From Eubacteriales bacterium (lineage in GTDB: Bacteria; Bacillota; Clostridia; Oscillospirales; CAG-382), in assembly GCA_045533895.1 (NCBI GenBank), contig JAZSIT010000045.1:2499-66498 (forward strand): a stretch of 64,000 nucleotides of DNA, in the 5' to 3' direction. The notes below the pieces were generated by a model, which made no database searches, had not been told where the DNA came from, and was given only the letters and a program-made list of their open reading frames with translations. The translations under genes and the position numbers were made by a program. Of this stretch, positions 63,191 through 64,000 are shown piece after piece (within the stretch, counting starts at the first letter, position 1; the number at the start of each line of letters is the position of its first letter).

Positions 63191-63237
63191 AATCCGGAGT
63201 CGCTTGATGCTACACCGGATTTTTTGATTTTTTTGAT
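63191..63237 (+). terminator. Terminator after rplS
   Basis: AATCCGG...CCGGATT followed by TTTTGATTTTTTT. Confidence 0.6.
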
Positions 63238-63262
63238 ACGATATTATTTACGAGGCTTTATA

Positions 63263-63883
63263 ATGGACGAAAACACCTCTATAGGCACCCCCGAAGAAGA
63301 AATAATTATTCCCGCAGAGGAAAGCGCGGTCACTGCCGAAGCGCCCAAAAAGAAAAAGAAGAAAACACTTATAGCAGAATTATACGATTGGCTGGAAACT
63401 TTTTGTCTTGCCCTTGCTATAATGGTAGTGCTGTTTTTGTTTGTGTTCCGCTATGTTACCGTTGACGGCAGTTCAATGAACAACACTCTGTTTGACGGGG
63501 ATAAGCTGATAATATCCAATTTTAACTACGAGCCCGAAACCGGCGATATAGTTGTAATATATATTGAGGGTGCAAACAAGCCTTATATAAAGCGTGTTAT
63601 CGCTACTGAGGGTCAGACCGTTAAAATAGACTTTGAGAAATGGGAGGTCTATGTTGACGGCGTGCTTCTTGACGAGCCTTACGTTAACTTCCGCGAGGGA
63701 GAGGATATGCACTACGCCGCTTTTTATAACGGCGAGTTTGTGGTGCCCGAGGGACAGGTTTACGTTATGGGCGACAATCGTAACGATTCTACCGACAGCA
63801 GAGTGCTCGGCTGTCTGGAGGAGCACAATATTATCGGCAGAGTAATAATACGTTTGGGACCGAATTTCGGCAAGGTGGATTAA
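63263..63883 (+). CDS. lepB: Signal peptidase I
   Basis: DGSSMNNTL (Ser), YIKRVIA (Lys), GDNRNDSTDSR. Start at MDENTS after GAGG. Confidence 0.92.
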   Translation: MDENTSIGTPEEEIIIPAEESAVTAEAPKKKKKKTLIAELYDWLETFCLALAIMVVLFLFVFRYVTVDGSSMNNTLFDGDKLIISNFNYEPETGDIVVIYIEGANKPYIKRVIATEGQTVKIDFEKWEVYVDGVLLDEPYVNFREGEDMHYAAFYNGEFVVPEGQVYVMGDNRNDSTDSRVLGCLEEHNIIGRVIIRLGPNFGKVD

Positions 63884-63884
63884 T

Positions 63885-64000
63885 ATGGCAGATCCTATAG
63901 TTTGGTATCCCGGGCACATGGCGAAAGCCAAAAGGCAGCTTTTGCAGATGTCGTCTATGACAGACATTGTAATTGAAATTCTTGATGCCCGCGTGCCCTA
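63885..64000 (+). CDS. rbgA: Ribosome biogenesis GTPase A (RbgA/YlqF), N-terminal fragment cut by the window end
   Basis: Own translation gives MADPIVWYPGHMAKAKRQLLQMSSMTDIVIEILDARVP (WYPGHM signature). Confidence 0.85.
   Translation, partial: MADPIVWYPGHMAKAKRQLLQMSSMTDIVIEILDARVP

Overview
This 64-kb window looks like a chromosomal segment of a spore-forming Clostridia-class Firmicute. That assignment is inferred from gene content only: spoIIR, SpoIID/SpoIIQ-like genes, addAB, and about 50% GC by eye. I call 56 protein-coding genes and one tRNA-Leu(CAA). I found no rRNA, CRISPR array, transposase or integrase.

The core backbone has three parts:
- On the minus strand: rsmD, uvrC, an HPr-like gene, then ylxM-ffh-rpsP-khpA-rimM-trmD.
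- In the middle: spoIIR-addB-addA, a sporulation engulfment cluster, murA and RNase J.
- At the right end: rplS-lepB-rbgA.

The accessory-looking stretch at 25-57 kb carries transporters, lipoproteins, an XRE-TPR regulator with an ABC exporter, a VTC/DUF4956 pair, a processive GT2 synthase and a WYL-regulator operon.

Many intergenic regions contain readable sigma-70-type promoters (several exact TTGACA-17-TATAAT) and hairpin terminators.

Most noteworthy observations:
1. A dispersed and tandem intergenic repeat family built around a GGGG(A/T)CCCC core occurs at four or more loci. Three of these start 3-6 nt after a stop codon.
2. A 3.1-kb XRE-TPR/ABC-exporter cassette is bracketed by two near-identical 26-nt palindromic terminators. 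This looks like an insertion into a formerly shared bidirectional terminator.
3. A VTC-domain/DUF4956 module could be a bacterial polyphosphate polymerase/translocase.
4. A WYL-regulator / DUF4855-discoidin lipoprotein / methyltransferase operon has no room for its own promoter.
5. A ClpA-like unfoldase has its D2 Walker-B glutamate replaced by glycine.

All family names come from motif recognition by eye. No database search was possible.
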